Source: a virus. From it: a stretch of 64,000 bases of DNA. The translations under genes were made by a program, and so were the position numbers. Below, in pieces: positions 44,472-52,833 of this stretch. The stretch lies in IMG/VR virus record IMGVR_UViG_3300045988_173694. The stretch is one strand, 5' to 3'. The notes beneath the pieces are model-generated. The model saw only the letters and a program-made list of their open reading frames with translations, did no database searches and had not been told where the DNA came from. Each line of letters begins with the position of its first letter. Within the stretch, counting starts at the first letter, position 1.

Positions 44472-44595
44472 ATTTCTTTATCAGAAAAACGTTCTGCTCC
44501 CACGAATTAATGGTAATGGTAGGGCAGAGATCTGTATCTAGAATACCGCCCTTATTCTCGCCTCGTGGATATTGGTAAAAACGATGGTTATTCAT
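44464..44595 (-). CDS. Micro-ORF (43 aa), TRD-like
   Basis: MNNHRFYQYPRGENKGGILDTDLCPTITINSWEQNVFLIKKYE. TATGAATAA overlaps at both ends. Confidence 0.35.
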   Translation of the reverse strand: MNNHRFYQYPRGENKGGILDTDLCPTITINSWEQNVFLIKKYE

Positions 44596-44710
44596 ACTCT
44601 ATCCTTATGCAGTGTGGGCATTTGTAATCGGTGGCTCTGAGTGCAGGAGAAAGCCCACCATTTCTTCCATTCCTGCTTATGACTCAAAGGATATACAGAT
44701 GCCTTAACAT
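44588..44710 (-). pseudogene. TRD-like fragment interrupted by in-frame TGA
   Basis: MLRHLYIL*VISRNGRNGGLSPALRATDYKCPHCIRIEYE, with the TGA at 44684-44686. Confidence 0.35.
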
Positions 44711-44713
44711 CTA

Positions 44714-45820
44714 TCATTTGCTTCTCCTCATCTTTTCCATTTCTTCATTCTCTTTTGATAACCTCTCTAAGTGTTCGAGAACGAGAGAATAGGATTGGGT
44801 GTTGACCTGGTCTTCCGTTAAGCCGGCATACTTCTGCATCGTGGCGGTGGTGGCTGTGTAGATTTCCATCGGGGTTTGCGGCTTTTTATTATCTACCTTC
44901 TGCACCTTAAAAACGTGAGGGTAGCGATGGGCTAGGGTGTGCATGATGCCGCTCCACCAGAAGAGGATAACCTGCCAGTTGGCTTCCGGGTATTTGACGA
45001 AATAACCTGCGTTCTCGGTGAACTGCTTCGACTCATAATGAAAATCGTACTTCGTGATGCCTGTTGTCGGGTCGATGTACTGGGTGGTGGTGTTGAAGAT
45101 GGTGGCAAGGAACATGTTTCTGGCGCTGGCTACACTCTGGGCTTGCGTCTGGAGTTGTTCCTCGGAGAATTTATCCATCTTCTTCATCTTTATCAGATTA
45201 TTGTCCAAACGGGTGTAGGTCTGCATCATATCGCTAGCGAAACGGTATTGCTGCCAGGAGAAACCATCGAGGTCGGGGTTAGGACCACGGAAGGCTTTTG
45301 CGCGACGGTACCACTTGGATTTCTGCCGGATAGATGGATAGGGGAAGCGGGTGAGGAAGTTGCCGCTATCTGCATCCAGCCAGTCGAGAAGACCTGCACC
45401 CTGAGCGATATACTCAGGGGAGGTCTTATCATCGGTCTTGGCTTTCGGGGAGAGCCAATAATTGAGCTGCCAAAGATAGAGGGGGAAGTGGATAGCCGAC
45501 TGGGGACCAGCGATGGAATCGCTGGAAACGGGGGCGCAAAGGTAGAGGAGCTTCTTCAGGAGGCTCTTCTTCTGCGGCTCTATGCTTACCAGGTAGTGCT
45601 GCTCATTGATAGGCAGACGAGGGTCGGGGTAGGCATTGATGCTTATCCCGGCAAAGAGGAAGAAGACGGCTATCTTCACCTTCTGCATATCGAAAGGATG
45701 GTAGCGGTCTGCCTTGGCTTTCTCTATCTGCTCCAGCATGATAAGGGCTATCTGCTCTAGCTGGGAAGGGGTGCATTGGTTCCAGCCCTTTGGAATTGTA
45801 AGATTTATTTGTTCTTGCAT
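44714..45820 (-). CDS. Hypothetical protein carrying an in-frame SL element
   Basis: 368-aa ORF. The SL element at 45504-45535 is translated as APVSSDSIAGPQS. Confidence 0.55.
   Translation of the reverse strand: MQEQINLTIPKGWNQCTPSQLEQIALIMLEQIEKAKADRYHPFDMQKVKIAVFFLFAGISINAYPDPRLPINEQHYLVSIEPQKKSLLKKLLYLCAPVSSDSIAGPQSAIHFPLYLWQLNYWLSPKAKTDDKTSPEYIAQGAGLLDWLDADSGNFLTRFPYPSIRQKSKWYRRAKAFRGPNPDLDGFSWQQYRFASDMMQTYTRLDNNLIKMKKMDKFSEEQLQTQAQSVASARNMFLATIFNTTTQYIDPTTGITKYDFHYESKQFTENAGYFVKYPEANWQVILFWWSGIMHTLAHRYPHVFKVQKVDNKKPQTPMEIYTATTATMQKYAGLTEDQVNTQSYSLVLEHLERLSKENEEMEKMRRSK
45504..45535. repeat. SL element copy D (inside a CDS)
   Basis: GGACCAGCGATGGAATCGCTGGAAACGGGGG. Confidence 0.85.
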
Positions 45821-45833
45821 AAGCGTTAAATTT

Positions 45834-45917
45834 AATGTTGATTGTTGAATGTTGAATGTTGAGTTGCCTCACGGACTCAAGGGCGCTAGCCTAATTCAAC
45901 ACTCAACATTCAACATT
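45834..45917. repeat. HAP copy 9
   Basis: Arms plus core TTGCCTCACGGACTCAAGGGCGCTAGCCTAA. Confidence 0.9.
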
Positions 45918-45928
45918 TAATAAAACCT

Positions 45929-46540
45929 TTAGAATGGCAGGTCGCTGTTCGGATCATCGTAACCTGGCATTGATGAATAATCATTGCCTCCATCTGCTGG
46001 CGGTACATAGGCGGTAGCATTGCCGGCGGCTCCGTAGGCTTGCTGTGGGTACGTCTGCTGCTGGGCGGTAGGCTGTGGCTGATAGAGGCTGGCGATGCGC
46101 TTATTCATGCGGGTGCGGATTGCCTTGAAGAGGTGAGAGTTCTCGTCGTTGAAATCCTGATTTACGATTTCAGGGTCTCGCTCCTTGTTGGCTTCCTTCA
46201 CCAGTTCTACGAGTTTCGGGAATGCCTTGGCTACTGCTTTGACGTACTCGGTGGAGAACGAGAGCTGCATTTCGTGGGTTGGTACACTCACCTGGGTATC
46301 GCCACGCTCGGCTGCACTCTGGCGAATCTTATTCTTATACGCCTCATTGAAAGGCCAGATGTTAACTCTCAGTTTTGCCTGAGTTTTACTTGCATCATTC
46401 TTTGATGTATCTACTCGAATTTCGTTCACATCGATAGGAATGCAGACGTAAGGACGCTGCGCATTCTTCTCATCGATACCTACTAAGACCTTGGCTCCAT
46501 TCAGTGCCAAAAGGTCAATGTTTCCATTGTAACTTGCCAT
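45929..46540 (-). CDS. Putative single-stranded DNA-binding protein (non-canonical)
   Basis: 203 aa. A Q/P/G-rich linker and a C-terminal acidic tip DDPNSDLPF resemble the SSB DDDIPF tail. Confidence 0.4.
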   Translation of the reverse strand: MASYNGNIDLLALNGAKVLVGIDEKNAQRPYVCIPIDVNEIRVDTSKNDASKTQAKLRVNIWPFNEAYKNKIRQSAAERGDTQVSVPTHEMQLSFSTEYVKAVAKAFPKLVELVKEANKERDPEIVNQDFNDENSHLFKAIRTRMNKRIASLYQPQPTAQQQTYPQQAYGAAGNATAYVPPADGGNDYSSMPGYDDPNSDLPF

Positions 46541-46561
46541 AAATCTTTTATTATTTTATTT

Positions 46562-47116
46562 TTAAAAACTTATTTTCTTTCCGCCATTGGCGATGAGACT
46601 GCCGTAACTGATGGCATTGAGGCGACGGAGCCAGCCTGCCTCGAAAACCTTCTGACTAGGGTGCTTGGCGATGATGCCGGCGATGTATTGCTTGCGGCGT
46701 GCCTTGATGCGCTCGAAGAACTGCTTGGGGTTCTGACTATTGAGGGCAGCGAGGGTTTTCTTGCCTACGATGCCATCGGCTGTTACGCCTAACATGGCTT
46801 GCACGATGGTGATGCCAGGGGTACCGCTGCTCCATACCCAATCTACCAGGATGTTGGCGATGCTCTGGTCTTTGATACCGTCGGCTTTCCATCGGTTCCA
46901 GTAGCAACGGCGAAGGATGGAGATAGCATCGGCTTTTGTGATAAGCTTCACGTCCTTTGCGTCTATGCGGCCATCATTATTCTTGTCGTAGCCTTGGGTC
47001 TGCCAGGTTTTGATGGTTACACCCATGTTGGTAGGACCGCCCTTGTCATTGGGGTGGTTGACGTAACCTCCCTCGAAAGAGAGAATAAAATCTGCAAGAG
47101 GTTGAATCTTTGCCAT
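46562..47116 (-). CDS. Endolysin, GH108 lysozyme plus peptidoglycan-binding domain
   Basis: ILSFEGGYVNHPNDKGGPTNMGVT is the GH108 N-terminal signature. The C-terminal LGVTADGIVGKKTLAAL is PG_binding_3-like. Confidence 0.8.
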   Translation of the reverse strand: MAKIQPLADFILSFEGGYVNHPNDKGGPTNMGVTIKTWQTQGYDKNNDGRIDAKDVKLITKADAISILRRCYWNRWKADGIKDQSIANILVDWVWSSGTPGITIVQAMLGVTADGIVGKKTLAALNSQNPKQFFERIKARRKQYIAGIIAKHPSQKVFEAGWLRRLNAISYGSLIANGGKKISF

Positions 47117-47148
47117 ATCTTTTCTGTTTTATCGTTTTTATTCTGATG

Positions 47149-47186
47149 GCAAAGATAGCAAATTCTAAAAAGATGATGGGGACAAA
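47149..47186 (-). promoter_or_regulatory. P-late family promoter
   Basis: GGCAAAGATA...GGGGACAAAG upstream of the endolysin. Confidence 0.5.
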
Positions 47187-47306
47187 GAAAGCCTCCCTGC
47201 GGCTTTTGTAGGCGCAAAGAGGCTTCAAAAAATGTTATCCCAATCTTTTTACTTTTAATACTTGCACTCGCTAGTGCGAAATACATATTACCTACATCAA
47301 AACAAA

Positions 47307-47807
47307 CTACATCGTAGCGTGAGCGGACATATAGTCCCATATCTTGGTACAATCGTCTTCTTCGGGTTGCCAGTCTGCATCCTGGAAATAGAAGAGATAA
47401 GCTGCCTTGATAATTTCATCTTCTGTCATATCGCTGCACAGGTCAGCGTACATGGCATTGAAGGCAACATACTTATCCCAATCGTTCACCTTTTCACGGA
47501 ACTTCATACCCTTGGTGGCATTCGCTATCTGCGATTTGGTCCAATGCGCCCCGGTTCCTGCCAATTCGCCATTCTCACCTTTCTTGCTGTACACAAGATG
47601 GCAGACATCATGGTTGGCCATTTTCTCACTGTAATGGCGATCATAGAACACTGCGTGCTGGTGACGGAGGATGCACCAGTACAATTCCGGATTTGTTTCC
47701 TCTAAGGAGGCGAGGTCGCAACTCAACTGCTCCATCGCCTCCATCATCTTCTTCTCGGTAGCCACGCCGTGAGCACGGGCTTCATCTATCAACTGAATAT
47801 ACTTCAT
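47307..47807 (-). CDS. Hypothetical protein
   Basis: 166-aa ORF. Confidence 0.55.
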   Translation of the reverse strand: MKYIQLIDEARAHGVATEKKMMEAMEQLSCDLASLEETNPELYWCILRHQHAVFYDRHYSEKMANHDVCHLVYSKKGENGELAGTGAHWTKSQIANATKGMKFREKVNDWDKYVAFNAMYADLCSDMTEDEIIKAAYLFYFQDADWQPEEDDCTKIWDYMSAHATM

Positions 47808-47839
47808 CGTCTTTTACCTTTCCTTTTGTTAGTGGATAG

Positions 47840-48262
47840 TCATGCGATGGTGAGCGTTAAAGGAGCATCGCACACGAAAGTCTTACTGCAGGAACAACAG
47901 GCTACCTTGACAAGACGGTTTTTCACGCTGCCAAGAGATGTGGTAACGTTAGTGATTGCCGTAGCAGAGAAAACAGGAATGGTGAAATCCTGACTTACTA
48001 CCTGCGAGCGGGTGCAGCAGGAGCCGCAGTTACAAGGCACGTAACTGATAACACCCTCTAAGTGAATGGTTATGAGATATTGCGAAGTACCCACGTTGGC
48101 AATACTCTTTACAGAGAACTGAGGGTTGAAAACCGGAGTCTCGTCCACGCATGAAGGAGCACAGAGCTGCTGCGTGATATTTACATCATAATATGGAGCA
48201 GTGGCGGTTGCACCTACTGCAAGCGTAGCCATGATGCAGGCTGGAATTGTTCTTTTATTCAT
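47840..48262 (-). CDS. Secreted cysteine-rich protein
   Basis: Signal peptide MNKRTIPACIMATLAVGATA. Clusters CNCGSCC and ACCSCS. Confidence 0.5.
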   Translation of the reverse strand: MNKRTIPACIMATLAVGATATAPYYDVNITQQLCAPSCVDETPVFNPQFSVKSIANVGTSQYLITIHLEGVISYVPCNCGSCCTRSQVVSQDFTIPVFSATAITNVTTSLGSVKNRLVKVACCSCSKTFVCDAPLTLTIA

Positions 48263-48303
48263 AGTCTTTTCTGTTTTAATAGAGCGACGACTTCACCGCC
48301 GCA

Positions 48304-48726
48304 TTAATGTTTCACCTGATAGCCCTGCGCATTCTCTACCGGAAGGTTCTTCTGAAGAAGGTCGGCGAGTTCGTCAAGATCCTCCTCGTCAAATGTTATT
48401 ACACCCTCCAGGATAGAGAGCGGTCCTTTGTAGCGAAGCTGCTCTACCACATCGTGCGCCATCTGCGGAATGCTCTCTTCGGGAATGTTCCCGAAATACT
48501 TGGCGAGCATCGGAGTAACAAGCGCATTGACCACAGGCTGAATCATCGGTTCTATATCGGCTTGCAGAGAATAGTTGCCGCTCACCAGTCCCATGCTGCC
48601 GATGGTAGCCTGGAGAGACTGGAGCATAGGCAAGTGCATCAGATTGCCAGCCGCTATCTGAGAGATGGCAGGGCGTGCCCATTCGGACACCACCGCTGCC
48701 AGGATTTGCGAGTTCTTGTAATCCAT
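48304..48726 (-). CDS. Hypothetical protein
   Basis: 140-aa ORF. Confidence 0.55.
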   Translation of the reverse strand: MDYKNSQILAAVVSEWARPAISQIAAGNLMHLPMLQSLQATIGSMGLVSGNYSLQADIEPMIQPVVNALVTPMLAKYFGNIPEESIPQMAHDVVEQLRYKGPLSILEGVITFDEEDLDELADLLQKNLPVENAQGYQVKH

Positions 48727-48756
48727 ATCGTTTCTTCCTTTTATCCGAAAATACGG

Positions 48757-49269
48757 TTACTGGTTACAAGCGCATCCGCATCCCATCTGACAAACATTGC
48801 CCGATGGAATCATCAACTTAGTAACATTCAAAAGTGAAGCCACCTGCGATTTCAGCACGTCGATGTTGGCGTTGGCAGCGGCATTATATGCCATCTGCTG
48901 TGCGTTGACCGCCTGCTGTGCATCCTTGTTGGCATCCACCTTGTTTTCGAGCTGGCGAATCTTACCGTCAAGATACTGAGTAACATCTACCATCTTCTTG
49001 TCGGTATAGTTCTCACTCTTCTGGATAGCCAGTTCCGTCTTCAATGTAGAGTTCTCCTGAATAAGGTTGGTCTCACCCTTGGTTACAAAGCGTGCATCCG
49101 GATCACTCGGATTGGCAGTCATACCATTGTTGCCTCTACCGAGGTTAAACAAGGATGCACCGCCACCCAGCAAACTGGTAGCCAAACCTGCGATACCAAG
49201 TCCAAGGGCGGTATTACCAAGCCCTTTGCTGGCAACATCATAGTTGCCATCATTCGTTTTTACCTGCAT
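48757..49269 (-). CDS. Membrane-anchored coiled-coil protein with Cys-rich C-terminus
   Basis: TM-like ALGLGIAGLATSLLGGGASLF, a Q/N/A coiled-coil region and a C-terminal CQMGCGCACNQ. Possibly lysis-associated. Confidence 0.45.
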   Translation of the reverse strand: MQVKTNDGNYDVASKGLGNTALGLGIAGLATSLLGGGASLFNLGRGNNGMTANPSDPDARFVTKGETNLIQENSTLKTELAIQKSENYTDKKMVDVTQYLDGKIRQLENKVDANKDAQQAVNAQQMAYNAAANANIDVLKSQVASLLNVTKLMIPSGNVCQMGCGCACNQ

Positions 49270-49408
49270 AGTTTTTTGTGTTTAAATTCTTCCAATATCG
49301 GAATCGTATGCAAAGGTAACATGAATGAGGTAAACAGAAAAGTGGTTTTCATTAGATGTTCTTGCGGAAAAATCAGAAAGCAGGAACACTAATAGACAGA
49401 TAAGAAAA

Positions 49409-49457
49409 AGTACTAACGTACTGAAGTACTGAAGTACAGATGTACCTTTGTACTAAG
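49409..49457. repeat. Second cluster of GTAC 8-mers
   Basis: AGTACTAACGTACTGAAGTACTGAAGTACAGATGTACCTTTGTACTAAG, the same motif as the parA-proximal array. Confidence 0.8.
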
Positions 49458-50363
49458 CTACATGGTTTCTTCCAAAGCCTTGATATACGGAATGGCTTCA
49501 TCCCTGATAATGTCGAGAAAGAGTTGTGCCGAACGTTTCATAGGCACATCCCGCATCCAGTGGGCATTGCTCATCAATCCATCGTCTATGCCCAGGATAG
49601 GACGGGCTATAAGGGTAGGGTGGTTCTTCAGATACAGCTTCGGCATGAAAGTAACCAGGTGGGTATCTTCTACGATGGCAAGGTCTTCGTCGGGGTCGCT
49701 GACGATACATTTTACGTTTAATTTGGTGAGATCGTTCTGCAGGTATTGCTGAAAAGTGTTGAAAACACGTTCGCCTACATCGGGCATGATGATGCCGTGC
49801 TTCAGCAGGTCATCGTATGTTACCTTGTCTTTCCTGGCAAGGGGGTGTGTATTTCGCATGATGGCACAAATGCTGAATGGGATGCAGGGCTGGGTCTCGA
49901 TACCCTCGTTGGTATAAGCTTCGTTCATCGTAAAGGCGAGATCCAACATGTGGTCTCTTAACAGGCGGTTCAGACTCGTTGCCTTGGAAAATTCGGCATT
50001 CACTCTTACGTTAGGGTATCGCTCCATGAATATAAGTGCAGCCACACGGATATAGGGAGCAATAAAGGAACCTACACCGATGCGCAGTTCTCCGGTCATG
50101 CAGTTGTTGAGTGCATTGATATGCTCCTTGCAGTCTTCCGTCAACTTCAGTATTTCCTTGGCACGGGGCAGAAGTGCCTCCCCGTTCTCGGTGAGCATGA
50201 TGCTGTGCGATGTGCGTATCAGCAGCTTGCAGCTCAGTTCGTCCTCCAAAGCCTTGATGTGCTGACTGATGGCTGATTGGGTAACAAAGCATCGGGAGGC
50301 GGCGATGCTGAAAGAAAGCGTCTCTGCCACATACGCAAACGAACGTAAATGTCTTAGTTCCAT
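49458..50363 (-). CDS. LysR-family transcriptional regulator
   Basis: MELRHLRSFAYVAETLSFSIAASRCFVTQSAISQHIKALEDEL is a canonical LysR HTH. 301 aa. Confidence 0.85.
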   Translation of the reverse strand: MELRHLRSFAYVAETLSFSIAASRCFVTQSAISQHIKALEDELSCKLLIRTSHSIMLTENGEALLPRAKEILKLTEDCKEHINALNNCMTGELRIGVGSFIAPYIRVAALIFMERYPNVRVNAEFSKATSLNRLLRDHMLDLAFTMNEAYTNEGIETQPCIPFSICAIMRNTHPLARKDKVTYDDLLKHGIIMPDVGERVFNTFQQYLQNDLTKLNVKCIVSDPDEDLAIVEDTHLVTFMPKLYLKNHPTLIARPILGIDDGLMSNAHWMRDVPMKRSAQLFLDIIRDEAIPYIKALEETM

Positions 50364-50727
50364 AATCTCTTACTCTTTTAGTTCCATTATATATATTAAA
50401 ATTTCATGCTGCAAAAATAAGAAAAATATTCTATGCGGAAACGCATCTTGCATTAAAAAATCTAATTATGGAATAAGAGATTTAAAAAATGAAAGATATG
50501 TGCAGTTTTAAATACGAAAAGCCCCGGTATCTTGCCTTATTTTACTAAGGATCAATACCGAGGCTTCGATTTATAGAGTAAATTGCCAATGGAATTCATT
50601 GGATAGGGGAGCGATTATTCATCGTTTGCGTCAGGCAAGGTAGTTTCATCGTTGATGGATGCTACCTGTTTGCTGCGCTTAGATGGCTGCTCAGAGGCGG
50701 AAGCGGTTTCGCTCTCATCAGTTCCGC

Positions 50728-51306
50728 CTACACTTCCCCCGCTGTGCCTACGCCGTTGCAGAGAGAATCCCAGCCAGCTTCTGGTGTGGCAATCTCATAA
50801 CGGCCATACATTGTAGGGCTGAGGGTGCCGCTCAGGGTGATGGTACGGTCATCTTCTGGCTTCTTACCTGTATCACCCTTGATATTACCTGAGTCGTACT
50901 TGAAATCGTGCTGCTTGTCATAAACGATGATAGATTTATCACCATCCTCGATGATGTAACCACACTTGTTGTTATTGATACCACGAGCCACATACGCAGA
51001 AGCAGCACTTACGCTCTCAAGAACGTAGTCCAAAGTCTGCTTAAAGCCCTTTCTGAAGCCCAAGTTTTCCCAGGTGTGACCCTGACCGCCATCCTGGCAC
51101 TCAAACTTGTAGAGACCCTTACCTTTCTTGAAGGACGCAGCAGTCAGCGCTGCATAGGTGTTCTTACCTGCCTCTGGTGTGAGAGGGGCAGCAAGGTCAC
51201 TCTTGATAAAGACATATACGTTTACGCCAAGACCGCCGAAGTTTTCCAAGCACTCATTCTCGGAGAGAATATCCTTGATCTCTGGGCATGTTACAGTTTC
51301 TGTCAT
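50728..51306 (-). CDS. Hypothetical virion protein downstream of the capsid gene
   Basis: Start moved to MTETVT because the longer form begins inside the hairpin at 51337-51378. Confidence 0.5.
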   Translation of the reverse strand: MTETVTCPEIKDILSENECLENFGGLGVNVYVFIKSDLAAPLTPEAGKNTYAALTAASFKKGKGLYKFECQDGGQGHTWENLGFRKGFKQTLDYVLESVSAASAYVARGINNNKCGYIIEDGDKSIIVYDKQHDFKYDSGNIKGDTGKKPEDDRTITLSGTLSPTMYGRYEIATPEAGWDSLCNGVGTAGEV

Positions 51307-51336
51307 AATTGTATCTTTTTGATGATTAAACGAAAT

Positions 51337-51378
51337 GGCGGCGGAAGCCATATTCCGCCAGGTCAGGCGACCGCCGCC
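51337..51378 (-). terminator. GC-rich hairpin after the capsid gene (attenuator/terminator)
   Basis: GGCGGCGG...CCGCCGCC, followed by ATTTCGTTT on the minus strand. Confidence 0.4.
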
Positions 51379-51410
51379 GAGGATTTATAGAGGACTGCCT
51401 TTTCCCGGTT

Positions 51411-51441
51411 GGACCAGCGATGGAATCACTGGGGACGGGGG
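51411..51441. repeat. SL element copy E
   Basis: GGACCAGCGATGGAATCACTGGGGACGGGGG. Confidence 0.85.
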
Positions 51442-51455
51442 CAGGAGAGGGAGGG

Positions 51456-52757
51456 TTAGGCCTTCTTGAAGAATGCGGTGACACCCATGCTTGCGCCGGT
51501 AGCAGCAAACTGAATCTTCTTATCCGTAATCTTCTTGTTGCCGAAGCTCCAGTAAGAGAAGGTATCGGTTGTGCCGTTCTCTGCCTCCAGGGTGATAACC
51601 TGGTTAGGGGTTGTGGCTACTGGCTTAGTGTACTCTGCGCCGTTTATCTTTACCTTACCATCTGTAACCGTAGAAGCATCCTCCATTGCGGTTGTTACTA
51701 CGAGGTTAGAGTTGGTGTAGTCACCAGCCACATACTCGGTAGATGCAAGGTCGCCGTCTGACATTGCAAAAGCGTACTTGAACGGATTGCGGACACCTGC
51801 ACCCTGGATTGACTGAATCTGGAACTGGATGTCGCGCATATCGTCGTCTGTGCCGACCTTAACGCCTACGTAAGTCTTGTTACCCTCAGAGTCAACTGCG
51901 TAAACGAAGTTCTTAGGGATGGTAACGTACATACGATCACCCTCACCGAAATCTGCGATAGGGCAGAGAGTTACACGAGAGAGACCTGGAAGCTTGAAGT
52001 TACCGCCGTCCTCGTACTCAACCTTGAAGTTGCCGTGGAACTTGTTGGCGTAACCTGCAGCGATGTACTGAGCTGTCAACTCGCTCATGTAAACGAAAAC
52101 GTTCTGCTTGCGCAGACGAGCATCCCACTTCAGGTGCCATGCCAGGAAGTTGTCGTATGAAGTAGAGTCGTTGTTGTCAGAAGGCTTGTCGATTGACTCA
52201 CAATGAATCAAGTTGCCGTTAGCCTCGCTGATAAGACCGTCCTCGATGTCGTGCTTGATACAGGTATGGAAACCATCATAGAGAGCCATAGCCTGCTCTG
52301 AAGCTGGTGTGTTCTCATCACCCTTATCAAGAGCAATATCACCATTCCACAAGCAAGCGGTCAAGTTGTCGGCATAGTTGGCGAGGATAGCAGTAGCAGC
52401 CTCGGTAGCGAGAGGGTACTGACCCTGTGCGTCTGTGCCGAATACAGTTTCGCAGTACTTGTCGATGTTATCAGTGTAATGATCCCAAGCGAGCTTCACT
52501 GTAATTGTGCGCTCCTTCAAGAAACCTACCTCGCTGTTCACCTTAGTGTGAACGTCCTTACGGCGGGTGGTACCACCCTTGCGGAGCAGAATATGGATGG
52601 TGCGCTTATACTGAACACCGGAAACGATGTCGATACCCAAGCGGTCCATCTCCTCTGCATCGGTGTAACCTGGACCCATGAGGATTTCCTTAGTTACCTG
52701 CTCGGCTACGTGCTGCAAGGCAGTAGTGCCGATAAAATCTTTAGGAAGTGTTGCCAT
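51456..52757 (-). CDS. Putative major capsid protein
   Basis: 433-aa ORF immediately downstream of the protease/scaffold gene. The call rests on position and size. Confidence 0.55.
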   Translation of the reverse strand: MATLPKDFIGTTALQHVAEQVTKEILMGPGYTDAEEMDRLGIDIVSGVQYKRTIHILLRKGGTTRRKDVHTKVNSEVGFLKERTITVKLAWDHYTDNIDKYCETVFGTDAQGQYPLATEAATAILANYADNLTACLWNGDIALDKGDENTPASEQAMALYDGFHTCIKHDIEDGLISEANGNLIHCESIDKPSDNNDSTSYDNFLAWHLKWDARLRKQNVFVYMSELTAQYIAAGYANKFHGNFKVEYEDGGNFKLPGLSRVTLCPIADFGEGDRMYVTIPKNFVYAVDSEGNKTYVGVKVGTDDDMRDIQFQIQSIQGAGVRNPFKYAFAMSDGDLASTEYVAGDYTNSNLVVTTAMEDASTVTDGKVKINGAEYTKPVATTPNQVITLEAENGTTDTFSYWSFGNKKITDKKIQFAATGASMGVTAFFKKA

Positions 52758-52833
52758 AATTTCAAATAATAATTAAAAAATGAATAAGAATGTTTTAACC
52801 TGAATACTTAGTGTTATCCTGATGCTGGAGGGG

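Noticed and set aside
41300-44710. Stop-codon recoding (TAG or TGA reassignment) suggested by in-frame stops in two micro-ORFs
   Set aside because: All large genes in the window, including the late structural genes, are intact long ORFs under the standard code. The two in-frame stops are better explained by gene decay.
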